DNA of 64,000 bases from Octopus sinensis (lineage: Eukaryota). Positions within the stretch are counted from its first letter, which is position 1. Each line of letters starts with the position of its first letter. Below the pieces are notes generated by a model. It made no database searches and was not told the origin of the DNA. It was given only the letters and a program-made list of their open reading frames with translations. The DNA is taken from the NCBI RefSeq assembly GCF_006345805.1, contig NC_043017.1, positions 13,206,001 through 13,270,000 of the forward strand. Reading direction: 5' to 3'. Shown in pieces: positions 51,701 through 63,324 of this stretch. Position numbers and translations under genes: made by a program.

Positions 51701-54700
51701 GGGTAATTCAGCAATGACCATTTTGTTGGTTTATTAAGGATCACAATGTCCAACTGAGCCTTCTCTTTAAGATGGTGGAGTATGGGTTGAAGTAGATTTG
51801 GCTATTATTTCTAGCAAGTCCACTGACTCTAGATCAATGCTTCTCAACTGGGATCCATATAAAATTTGGGGGAGGGGGGTCCACACAACAAAATAGTAAA
51901 TTGGGGAGCCACAATAGTATTTTAAGGGGTCCCTGAAAAAATTTTGGCTTTACATGTATTGCAAGAAACAAGTTTCTTTAACGTTTTACATAGTTCAGCC
52001 TACACAAGTCAATGTTTGAAAAGCAAAAGAGGAATTTTGAAAGAAATATCTATAAAACTTGTATTTAAACATCAAATAAAATTGTAATCAAAGGGGTCTA
52101 TAGATAAAAAAATGGTTGAGAACACCTTGTATGGATGCCCATTATTGGCTTGTATCCTTAGATTAATTAAACAGAGTAATTAAATTCTTCACAATATACA
52201 GTCAAACTAACCTGCATTATCAAGGTCATCATAGCGAAGGCCTGGTAGAACAACATCGACATGGTTACGTTGTCTGTTCACATTGATCCGAAGATTTAAG
52301 GATGGGTAGGACCTGAAAATTAGAAGCAAAAGCAGCAGTAGAGATATCCTGTGAAAACAACACAGAAGTAACATTTAGATGGAGACTTCAATAACTAATG
52401 AAACTGGAGGAAGCAATCAAAGAAAAACAACCAGAATTGGCAAATCGTAAAGGAATCGTGTTCTACCATGACAATGCTAGGATGGAAGCACTCCGTCGGT
52501 TACGATGACGAGGGTTCCGGTTGATCCGAATCAACGGAACAGCCTGCTCGTGAAATTAACGTGTAAGTGGCTGAGCACTCCACAGACACGTGTACCCTTA
52601 ACGTAGTTCTCGGAGATATTCAGCGTGACACAGAGAGTGACAAGGCCAGCCCTTTGAAATACAGGTACAACAGAAACAGGAAGTAAGAGTGAGAGAAAGT
52701 TGTGGTGAAAGAGTACAGCAGGGATCACCACCATCCCCTGCCGGAGCCTTGTGGAGCTTTAGGTCTTTTCGCTCAATAAACACACACAACGCCCGGTCTG
52801 GGAATCGAAACGGCGATCCTATGACCGCGAGTCCGCTGCCCTAACCACTGGGCCATTGCGCCTCCATGACAATGCTAGACCACATATGTCTCTGCTAACT
52901 CATGAAAAATTATTGGAGCTTGGTTGGGAAGTGATGTCATACAATTGGCTGATAAAGCAATGTTATCACTGTTGTGATGGCAACCATTTTTTATGACCCC
53001 TTTACTGTTCACTTTGTCTTTTGGCGCATTATTCTGTGTACTGCACATGCACCTTTGGTTACCTTTTCTGATGAATTGTAGCACATATGAGCACTGCATA
53101 CAATAAGTTCATCATTATTATTATTATAACTAAACAAATAGTAAAACAGATACAATATTGGATAATACATACCAACAACTCTGACCCACAAAAAGTCCAC
53201 ACTGTGACACTGCATGGCCAGACTGTGGGACAGAGAGGTTGGTTTGCAGTATTACAGTGTAGTTACGCCATTGGTGGTATACAGTATGGTATACAGTGGA
53301 GGCGCAATGGCCCAGTGGTTAGGGCAGCGGACTTGCGGTCGTAGGATCGCGGTTTCGATTCCCAGACCGGGCGTTGTGTTTATTGAGCGAAAACACCTAA
53401 AGCTCCACGAGGCTCCGGCAGGGATGGTGGTGATCCCTGCTGTACTCTTTCACCACAACTTTCGGAGTGATTCCAGACAGTATTGCATTTGTTTTACTGT
53501 GTGTTCCCCATGTGCACCACAACGGTGATATGCAAAATATTACTTTATCAGCACAATATTGATTTTCTGATAAATAGCTGGTTGTCAATAAAGCACAGCA
53601 TACATGTCTAGGTTTTTATGGGTGAACTGGTTACAGTCAAAGTTGTGGAAGAAGTACCCCGCCCCAAAGACCCATGCTAGCATGGAACACGGACGTTAAA
53701 AATGATGAATATATCTCATATGAGCAGATATGTGAAGAGGCGTGGCTTAGTGGGTAGGTTATTTGCATCAGGATTGTAAGGTTGTGAGTTCAGTGGCAGA
53801 CAGTGTGTTGTGTTCTCAAACAAGATACTATATTTCACGTTAGTCCAGTTCACTCAGTTGGCAAAAAATGACTTGTACCTGTGTTTCAAAGGGCCAGCCT
53901 TGTCACACTGAATCTCCCTAGTATTTTAAGGGTATTGTTGAGTGCTCGGCCACTTGCACATTAATTTCATGAGCAGGCTGTTTCATTAATTGGATCAGTT
54001 GGAACACTCTTAATCGTAACCAAAGGGGTGCAAAATGTTTTCCTTTTTATGAGCCAATGAGATCACTCGCAAGGTTAGAAATAGCAATATCTTAAGTGCA
54101 AACCTCAGCGTTAAAAACGACGTTGGACAATGTTTATGCTCCAAAAAATACTAGCCTGTGCCCAGGGCCGAATGAAGACCCGAAGAGGCCCTAAGCACTT
54201 AAAAGGTTTTGGTGCTCTCAAGTATATGTAGATGGTTCAAAATGTAAACGATAAACAATATTTGTTTTAATAAATCTCTGAACGAGATGTAAACAGTAAC
54301 CGCTCGACAACGTAAAGTGTACTAGCCGGCTAGCCACTGGGGGTGGGTGTTACTGAAGCTTATAGCCCCAGGAGATCATCGTCTCCAGCTGGCTTTAGAC
54401 ACTTTCTGTGCCCTTCTGATATTTGTTTTTATTTTTCAAAATGAAACAAAATTCACAGTAAAATGGAAAATAATATTTATGCTTGCATGTTTCCATTTTA
54501 TTTATATTTGAAAAGTTTTCCGGGTTTTTTTTCTTTCAATTGAAAAGTGTTCGATGACATCGTCAAAATTTTACGTAAAACTTATACTTAGTGGAGATAA
54601 GGCATTAGGAATATTTTAGCAAGTTTAAAGTGATTTCTTTCGCGCCGTAAACCATTTTCGTTCCGTATTTCTTTATTGCCCACAAGGGGCTAAACACAGA

Positions 54701-57700
54701 GGGGACAAACAGGGACAGACAAAGGGATTAAGTCGATTACATCGACCCCAGTGCGTAACTGGTACTTAATTTATCGACCCCGAAAGGTTGAAAGACAAAG
54801 TCGACCTCGGCGGAATTTGAACTCAGAACGTAAAGACACGAAATACGGCTACGCATTTCGCCCGGCATCCTAACGTTTCTGCCAGCTCGCCGCCTTTAAA
54901 CCATTTTCGTTTCTGTGGTGGACCCGTCCCTTGATATTCTAAGCACGTGCTTATTTTGCTTAATGAGTTAACCCAGCGCTGCTTTATACCATATCCAATG
55001 AAATCGCGTGCATAGCTAGAAATTACAACCAAATCTTCCTCATATCCAACCCAGACTTAAAAAAATAAAGAAACGTTCGATAATGTAATTCTTAACATAT
55101 TAGCAGTTGCCATCGCTAACTCAAGCGAAAAATCGACCCGTACGGAGAAAGCTTATCTAGCCATGCCATTGACACGAATAGTTATAGTCACGGCGACTGA
55201 CCGGGGATAATATATTATCAGAGGGAGAGAAAAGGGTGGTATTTCATGGCAGGAAAAATTTATTGTATGCGTATTGAATTGGTCTAAAAGGCATTCCAGC
55301 TTAAACGAAGATTTGCATCGTTTGCATCTGTAATACAATAACCGAGCTTATTTGAGGATTGTTTTATTTAATGCCAAATCCTTAATTTCAGCAGCTCCGA
55401 TGTAAAGCTGTTTACCTACCTCACACACACATGTATATATAAATCGTAATGTCAGTTATGTGTGGAGTTATATCATTGTTTTGGGCGCGAGAGCAGCAAT
55501 ATACAAACACACACACACATTCTAAAAAGGTCGTCACTCTTTCAAGGTTAGCTTAGATTGTCAGGAAACCACAGAAGAGAAGAATAAATTCGAGCAAGTC
55601 ATATCAAATATGTAACGTTTAGAAGAGTGGTGAGGCGGGGCAAGATAAATAAAACAGAGATATGAGAGCAACAACAATAACGTTAGAAAGAAGCAGGTCA
55701 GCCTGTTTGAAGAAGTTCGTTTTATATTGCTGGTGGCTGCTTCTGCAGACAGGAACAACTTGACAAACTCCACGTGGGTGAAATTTCGACCAAAATAAAG
55801 CGGCAACGTGAAGGAAAGAAAAACAAAATAGCAAAGGATGTACAAGCAAATATTTTCATGATAGAAGGAGGAGGGCGAAAACAGAACTTTAAAATGTGTT
55901 TAGCTTCGTCATTTTACAAATGTTTTGGCGATCTTTCGTCTCTAGTAGACCTTTTCGTCGATGTCCGTAAAAAATTTTTTTTTTTTACATATGGGCTTGC
56001 GGGAACTTTTGAAGTAATATACATACATATACACATACACCGAGTAAAAAATTTCAGTTATCTCTCTCTTTCACACACACTAACAGAAGCACTTCACTTA
56101 CACAACATACTGTCTGTCTCCCACACCCCATCAAACACACACACACACACATGTACATCAATGCTTCACATGCACGGTAACTTCAAAAGAACTTCCCTCG
56201 TCATAAAATCGCTTTCTCTTAGTCTCTTTCGCTTTCATTACTTCAAAAGTTCCCGCAAGCCCATATGTAAAAAAAAAAAATTTTAATCGACGGAAAGGTC
56301 TACTAGAGACGAAAGATTGCCAATGTTTTTTTTTTTTTTGGTCTTCTGCTGTATGTTTTCATATATACAAAAGTTTGCAAGGAATGTTTTGTGTTGTTGT
56401 ATCAGTAGAATTGCAAGGTGGAGGGGGCAAGAAAAATTATCTAATTGTATATTTTCTGGCTCTTCACCGAGGTCGATTTTTACTTTGCATCATTCCAGGG
56501 TTAATAAAATATCATTCAAGTACTTGCAATCAATTGTTCCTCATCCCCTAAATTTCCAGCCCTTGTTCAAACCGTAGAAACATTTATTTTTGTAATTTGG
56601 CGCAAAAATTCCCGCTTCCCAAGATTCGCCAGCACTATTCCTCACATACCTATCAATGCACCCTTTTCATTCCCCTCGATGACTGTCTGTCCGTGTTTTA
56701 TTCCATCTACTATGCATGTGCTCTTGGTATCATTGCTATAATTAACTTAGTGCTTTCTGTCATCTTGTTTTACCATTTATCAACAAATAGCAGTGCATAT
56801 GAGTACTGTATACAATAAGTTATCATCATAATCAACATTGCTTTTCACCTCCCACACCGCTGGGGTCGGTACAATAAAGTGCCTGCCAAATAACCGACAC
56901 CCTATTGCAATAAAGTACTAAGTATACTAACCACGTTCCCTTAAAACTGCTGGCCTCCACCTAAAATATAAACTAGGATTTGTATTTTAATGTGGCATTG
57001 TATTATATATGTAATTGTTATATCTGCTGGTAATAAAAACTTTCATAATGATATTAAATAAAAAAAATATTACTATTAATATTCAGTGCCATTTTTCTGG
57101 TTCTAGGTACGAGTTCAAATTACACCGAGGTCAACTTTCGGGGTTGATAAAATAAGTATCAGCTGAGCACTGGAGTCGATTTAATCAACTTAGTTCCCCC
57201 CCCCCCGATATTGCTGGCCTCGTGCCAAAATTTGAAGCTATTATTATTATTATTATTACTGCTTAGCGAAGTTTATTGTGGTTCTTTACGTTCCGAGTGC
57301 AAATTCCGTAGAGGTCGACTTTGTGTTTCATCTTCCAGAGAGTCGATAAAATAAAGAATCAATCGATTATGTAGGCCGATATAATCGACATGTTCCTTCC
57401 CTCAAAATTTCAAACCTTGTACTAAAATGAGAATTGTTTTTATAAAAATATACACAAGCGCGCGCAGTTGGGACTAAAATGTGTTGAAATTCCTACCTAA
57501 ATCATAATATAAACAACAGTCGTTACATCTCTTAATAAGCTCCTTTGTTTTTAATATCTGAAAAGACATGTTGAGGTTGACTTGTTTTTAACGAAAGACT
57601 TATAAATAAAGCGACGTTTATGTGTTTTTACGAAGCTAATCTCTGTTTGAGACAAAACGTAAATAAATATTAATAATACTGACATATTTTTAACATATGT

Positions 57701-59173
57701 TAAAACACAAAAACTAGTTCCGCTGGAGTGTCGGTTAAAGGGAGTCCCAGACCACACAGACGGAAGGATAAAGGGTCATTTTAATATTTCTTTTTAGTAT
57801 TTTTGAGGGGGGGGGGCACAATTGTACTTACTCTTCCCCACTACCGACTTTGTTTCTTCATAACTTTTATAAGGATTAATATTTTTAAAATGAAATTCTC
57901 TTCGAATGCCTTTCAGATTGCGTAGGTTACGATTATATTGGAATTTGACCCGAGAAAAATAAACAAAATAGGCAGACACTGGCGCACATACATTCTGTCA
58001 CGCACGACGTAGACATGTACAAAAGGAAATTTCGTAGATACGTGATGTGTATCAAGTATATACGTGATGTGGTGTACGTGCGTGCACGCTCACTAATTAT
58101 TTATTACTAGCAGTATCGCCCGGCGTTGCTCGGGTTTGTAAGGGAAATAACTATATAAGCATTTTTAGAGAGTTATAGCCAAAAAATAGCAAAAAAATGC
58201 ATTAAAAATGGGAAAAAAATTATGGTAAATTTTTTTAAGAATCGTTGACTCATTGCAGACATTTTTAAAGAGTTACTTCCCTTATATAATAGCGAAAAAA
58301 TGCATTAAAACGGAAAAAATGGTAAATTATTTTTAAAATTGTAGACTCATCGTAGACGTGCGCTAATACCCAGAAGGGCTCAATATGAATCACGACTATA
58401 AGATACCCGCTTTTGGTTACACTGCACCGCAAAATGTGGGAGTAGTTAGGAATCTAAATCGTAGGAGACAGACAGCACACAACCTCACTTTTATATTATT
58501 TATTATTTCACATTAAATTCCGATATAATTGTAATTAATATCTACGCCATCTGAATAGTATTTGTGGTAATTTTCATAAAAGAAGAATATTCGTTTTTTC
58601 TGAAAGCTTTGAGAAAACGAAATAGAAGCGGGGGAAAAAAAAAAAAAAACACTTGTCTAGTCTAGACAGGCCAAAATACTTTCCTTCTTTTAATTGCATT
58701 TATTTTTTTTATTCGTTGTTTTTACAATAAATAAAAACAGTCGCTGGATATGTTAATATTTTTGTTGTTGTTGTGTGTATATGAAAAACATAGTGGGGGT
58801 GGGAATGATACTGAAATGTGTGTTTATAGCTTTTAAAGGCTATTTTACATTAAAATAAAAAAGCATTAATAATATGACGACGGCAGCAAAACGAAAATAA
58901 ACTATAATAATAATAATACCATCACCATGATCAGAGAACCAAATAAATAGAAGATGCTTTAAAAATAAACTCCAGCATCTCATGAAGAGGGGGAAAATAT
59001 TTGTCAGATAAACAAGGTCAAGAGAGGATCTATTTCGTGGTTTATAGTTAATTCTGAGGAGATTTTGACGAAACATGCGTCTTAATATGACGATACGTAG
59101 TTTATAGAATATATTTACGATAGCAATTAAATACAACATACCTTAACAATCGTCTAATTGCCGACGGAGGCAT
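48739..59173 (-). CDS. Double-hotdog thioesterase-like protein (acyl-ACP thioesterase/4HBT superfamily-like), about 302 aa: complement(join(59142..59173, 52212..52312, 48739..49514))
   Basis: The 776-nt terminal exon (acceptor ttcttttccag|GT) is spliced in phase to a 101-nt exon (ttttcag|G...GCAG|gttagt) encoding VVLPGLRYDDLDNAG. A phase-2 first exon MPPSAIRRLL-AG|gtatgt fits but is less certain, and there is an in-frame upstream ATG at 59272. Hotdog-like segments: LKLSHINDNS..VKADTSKSCNLPDWW, VFTVPLTDVD..SSYVRY, MSMLYFGPTTWGDVL. Confidence 0.72.
50227..50608 (+). mobile_element. tRNA-derived SINE family 3, young
   Basis: TSD attacgaaca. Confidence 0.9.
50770..51184 (-). mobile_element. tRNA-derived SINE family 1
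   Basis: Full-length reverse copy. Confidence 0.88.
51835..52129. mobile_element. Degenerate hAT-type MITE
   Basis: caatgcttctcaac...ggttgagaacacc termini; TSD not evident. Confidence 0.5.
52401..52941 (+). mobile_element. Mariner transposase fossil interrupted by a SINE
   Basis: After removing the SINE and one TSD it reads KLEEAIKEKQPELANRKGIVFYHDNARPHMSLLTHEKLLELGWEV (HDNARPH catalytic motif). Confidence 0.8.
52483..52866 (-). mobile_element. tRNA-derived SINE family 3, young, inserted in the mariner fossil
   Basis: TSD catgacaatgctag (52467-52480 / 52865-52878). Confidence 0.9.
53297..53473 (+). mobile_element. SINE family 3, internally deleted
   Basis: Head joined at caacttt|cggagtg directly to the 3' end. 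Confidence 0.75.
54667..54896 (-). mobile_element. SINE family 2
   Basis: Full-length reverse copy. Confidence 0.85.
55925..56323. repeat. Inverted repeat, ~90-bp arms (55925-56018 / 56237-56323)
   Basis: tctttcgtctctagtagacc..acatatgggcttgcgggaacttttgaagtaat is mirrored. Confidence 0.85.
58107..58496 (-). mobile_element. Non-autonomous Helitron (same family, reverse orientation)
   Basis: Same hairpin-CTAG end and internal sequence as 27987-28496. Confidence 0.78.
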
Positions 59174-59331
59174 CGCGACATAGAAAGATGTCAACTCCTC
59201 ACTTCCAGATGAAACGAACGTCAATAGGAAGATGGGAGTTACTTCCCTTGCTTTTAAACACCAAACAACCATCCCACCCCACCTCACTCCACTTCACCCT
59301 CTTTCTTAATACTCTTCTAACTTCCACACTG

Positions 59332-59362
<31 letters not shown>

Positions 59363-59553
59363 GTCTCTTAATCGGGAGGATTAACTGCTAGGCTGGCTAC
59401 AGTACCTTGAAGGATGACTTCCCTTTGCAAATACTGACAGGACACAGATAGTGTGTCTATGGCCAGCTGGAGGAGTGTGTCCTCCTGGGGCTAAAAACTA
59501 CAGTAGCATCCACCCTTAGGGGTTAGCCATATTGAAATGGCAAAAATACGTCA

Positions 59554-59591
<38 letters not shown>

Positions 59592-59593
<2 letters not shown>

Positions 59594-59731
59594 CAGCACG
59601 GAGTCTTGTCAGTGAACAGGTCGCGGTCTCAAAGCGACGAAAATATTTTGACAAATTAAATTTAAATGTTGAAGTGAATCTAACGGTTTTGTGTGTTTCT
59701 TAAATGACTTATAAACACCTTCCCCGCTGCA
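59592..59731 (+). mobile_element. (TA)n-flanked 140-bp repeat carrying a hammerhead-like motif (copy 2)
   Basis: Aligns end to end with 5722-5861. Confidence 0.7.
59606..59654 (+). ncRNA. Minimal type I hammerhead ribozyme motif, G3:C8 core variant (copy 2)
   Basis: Stem I ttgtca/tgacaa; GUGAACA(G); gtcgc/gcgac; GAAA; AAUAUU; within the motif it differs from copy 1 only in loop II. Confidence 0.6.
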
Positions 59732-59754
59732 GTTGTTTATATATATATATATAT

Positions 59755-60915
59755 GCTGTTGACATCGTTTTATTGGACTTTGCCAAAGCTTTTGACTCGG
59801 TAAACCACCGCCTACTACTTGTCAAGCTTCAAGCATATAGTTTCCATCCGGATATTGTACGATGGGTTGGTGCCTTCCTCTCAGATCGCTCCTTCCAAGT
59901 TCAAGTTAATGGTTCGTGGTCCGACGTCTCCAGTGCGAGCAGTGGCGTGCCTCAAGGTTCAGTGCTTGGGCCCTTGTTGTTCTTAGTCTTCATAAATGAC
60001 TTGCCCGACGACCTCACGCAACACACCCTTCTATTTGCCGACGATATCAAACTGGTCGCTCCTCGCGGTAGTATAGAGGATCTTTGTCGATGCCTCCACC
60101 AAATTTGGAAGTGGTCTAACGATTGGGACCTGTGTCTGAACGTGTCAAAGTGCTGTCATCTGCCTGTCGGCTCTACTCCTACAACTCAACTTGATTTCGA
60201 GCCGGGTCGTCTGCTGCTGGAGAGGACCGATCAGGTAAAGGACCTGGGTATCTTGGTGGATTCCTCCTTTTCGCCTTCGGCCCAGTGCGTCCATGCTGCC
60301 AACAAAGCGCGCGGAATTCTGTTTTTGATTCGACGGTCATTCGGAGTGCTCACAGCAGCCATATTCCTGCCACTCTATGTCACGCTGGTGAACCCATATT
60401 GGAGTATGGGATTCAAGCCTCTTCTCCTTATCTCCTCAAAGACATACAGCACCTCGAAAGAGTCCAGAGGCTGGCTACCCGCTGGTTCATGGTCTCAAAA
60501 ATTTGTCCTACGAAGAAAGGCTGAGGACGCTCGACCTTTATTCTCTTGAAAAACGCCGCCGCCGTGGTGATCTCATTCTCGCCCACAACATCATAAGCGG
60601 GAAGTGTAACCTCTCGAAAGAGCTGTTCTTCACTCCTGCTCCGGAGCGTCGGCTGCGGGGTCATTCCGAAAAGCTCTACCTGCGATGATTTCATCTCAAT
60701 CGAAGGAGAGGAGCTTTCTCCGTCCGGGTTGCGGATCCGTGGAACAAGCTGCCAGACGAGATGGTGAAGATGCCGACGACCGCTTTGTTCAAAGCCTCCC
60801 TGGACCTCAAGTGGCCTGAACTTTTACATGAACACCACCCTGTACTTAACTCCATGTCCCCCTACATGGCCTTGCTATTTGCTTTTGAGCCAAATTAACT
60901 AACTAACTAACTAAC
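59755..60915 (+). mobile_element. 5'-truncated CR1-clade LINE (RT domain, one frameshift near 60394) with (CTAA)n tail
   Basis: LDFAKAFDSVNH, GVPQGSVLGPLLF, LFADDIKL, RRRRGDLI, FSVRVADPWNKLP; (ACTA)n tail. Confidence 0.92.
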
Positions 60916-61020
60916 ATATATATATAATTTTAATCCAATCGGGAAAACAAAAAAACAACAACAGTGGAACAATTACAGTATTATTATTAATAGGCGCTCA
61001 GGAAATATGGAAGCAGGAAG

Positions 61021-61057
61021 GTATGACGTTTCGAGCGGAGCTCTTCGTCGGAAACAT
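61021..61057 (-). ncRNA. Penelope-type minimal hammerhead motif (CCGACGA variant)
   Basis: CCGACGA A GAGC tcc GCTC GAAAC GTC; palindromic ACGU stem III; stem I is weak. Confidence 0.45.
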
Positions 61058-61158
61058 AAAGAAGGAAGAGAGAGGAAAGAAAGATCCCAAAGTGGGCAAC
61101 AGGAGATGGAGAAAAAAACGACTGGTGTTTACGAAGTACACATGGTATATATATATAT

Positions 61159-61424
61159 CATCATCATCATCATTTAACGTCCATTCTCCATGCTAGCATG
61201 GGTTGGATGTTTTGACCGGGATCTGTGAAGCCAGAAGGCTGCATCAGGCCCAGTCTGATCTGGCAGTGTTTCTACGGCTGGATGCCCTTCCTAACGCCAA
61301 CCACTCCGTGAGAGTGTAGTGGGTGCTTTTTACGTGCCACCGGCACGGGGACCAGACGAAGCTGGCAACGACCACGAACGGATGGTGCTTTTTACGTGCC
61401 ACCGGCACGGGGGCCAGGCGAGGC
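61159..61424 (-). mobile_element. Repeat family 4
   Basis: Same sequence, embedded in (TA)n. Confidence 0.75.
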
Positions 61425-61430
61425 ATATAT

Positions 61431-61517
<87 letters not shown>

Positions 61518-61533
61518 TATATATATATATATA
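61425..61533. repeat. (TA)n microsatellite, about 110 bp
   Basis: Direct reading. Confidence 0.95.
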
Positions 61534-61820
61534 TAAATTAGAAAAAAACCACTATTATGCAATTCAAACAATGATAGGCATAAACCAAATCATAAATAAA
61601 AAATAAAATATATATTTATAAAACTTATAACTAGATCACAAAAAGTATAAGAATGAATAATCAATGTATAATAAGTAAATTAATAAGTAAATTATAATAA
61701 GTAAATTTACTTATATATTGATTATTCATTTTTATACTTTATATTTTATTTTTATTTATGATTTGGTTTATGTCTATCATTGTTTGAATTGCATAATATT
61801 GTTTTTTTCTCTAATTTATA
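61532..61820. repeat. AT-rich ~290-bp imperfect palindrome
   Basis: ttatgcaattcaaacaatgataggcataaaccaaatcataaataaaa is mirrored around aagtaaatttactt. Confidence 0.8.
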
Positions 61821-61935
61821 TTTTATATATTTATATTGTGAAATTTGATTTAATGCTAAATTGAATTTTTCCTTGTAAGTTTGGAGTTATACCCCTATTA
61901 TTATTATTATTATTATTACTATATATATATATTAT

Positions 61936-61968
<33 letters not shown>

Positions 61969-62039
61969 TATGAGGGGTTTAGTTCCATATATTTATATGT
62001 ATACACCATTCTGCTTTAAAAATAACACACTGTTGGATG

Positions 62040-62850
62040 AATACAGTCATCGAAGAAAAAATTGGGGAGATGAAGCCAGTAATTAGAGTTAGAGAAGATG
62101 ATAACATAAGAGTTGCATGTATGGAATGCATTTTGATTGATATGAAAAACTATAAAAAATTAAGAGCAAACTTTGGGCACGATGTAAACCCATTAGGGGT
62201 AGAAATAAGATACGACCATTTGCCACATGTAGGGGAATTTGGGTAAGGGTAATGGTCTAGGGCTTAGGGACAGGAGACCCCAGACCCTGGAATAAAAAAA
62301 ACTTTGGTCATCTTGTTGTAGTCGGGGGCTCTTTGTTGACGCCTGACACCACTGGGAAGTGGCCCTCGAAGTCGCTGGAAATGGAGTTCTCCAGGTACGA
62401 ATTCTTGAACGGCTTGATCATATGATGCATATGGATGTAGATAGTTGCATGCAGAAGTGCTAATCACTTAAAGTAAACGAACTTGTAGAAGAGGGAGACC
62501 CAGGATGACACTAGGTTGATCTCAAGACACGGAGCCTTGCAAAGGAAATGACTAAGGACCGAGATATCTGGCATCTTGCTGTACTCAATAAGACCCGTCC
62601 ACCACAGTAGAATTGATTCCACTACATGTGGCAAATGGTGCCACATAAAAAGCACCTACTACACTCTATGGAGTCTCTGGAGTGGTTGGTGCTTGGAAGG
62701 GTGTCAAGCTGTAGAAACCATACCAGAACAGACAAGGGAGCCTGGTGTGACCTCTGGCCTTACCAGTTCTATTCAAACCATCCAACCCATGCCAGCATGG
62801 AAACAGACATTAATTGAAGATGATTATCATAATGGTCATGATGATGATGT
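62040..62850 (+). mobile_element. Decayed RTE LINE 3' end plus 3' UTR with (GAT)n tail
   Basis: RGRPRMT and EMTKDRDIWHLAVLNKTRPPQ remnants, followed by the same tail sequence as repeat family 4. Confidence 0.6.
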
Positions 62851-63278
62851 TATGTTTACCACATTTTTCAAAATGGTACATGAAAAACTGCATGTTTTCA
62901 ATGTAGTTAATGACATTATGTCTTTAATGTCAGAGGCAGCAATGGCATTTCTGACCTTCAAAGGCTGCATTGTTACCAATGTTACATCATGGAATATAAG
63001 AGAATAGTTTTTATAAGTCCTTGACAGAAAATTATGCAGGTAGGCACTGGTGGATATCATAACATGTGCATGTGTACACTTATAGCAGGTGAGTGAATAG
63101 TTAATCAGTGTAGAAAGGGTGTGGGGTAATGGAAGAGCAAATTCTAGTGAATGATTGGCAATATGACAACAACTATAATCTTTAGACATCCTTCTGCAAA
63201 TAGCATTAAAAATGAGCCAAAAGACCTACAAAGTCCTATTTCTGACAGGTTATGCAACCAAACGGCAACTCCCACATT

Positions 63279-63280
<2 letters not shown>

Positions 63281-63324
<44 letters not shown>

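Noticed and set aside
53173-53222. Possible extra thioesterase exon (cccacag|TCT..TTG|gtatgt, phase 0 to 2)
   Set aside because: The phase-0 acceptor does not fit the phase-2 first exon, and the peptide is unrecognisable; it could be a cryptic exon.
55561-55849. ORFs with hydrophobic stretches resembling a type II membrane protein
   Set aside because: No usable start or donor in phase with the downstream exons; low-complexity T-rich strand bias explains them.
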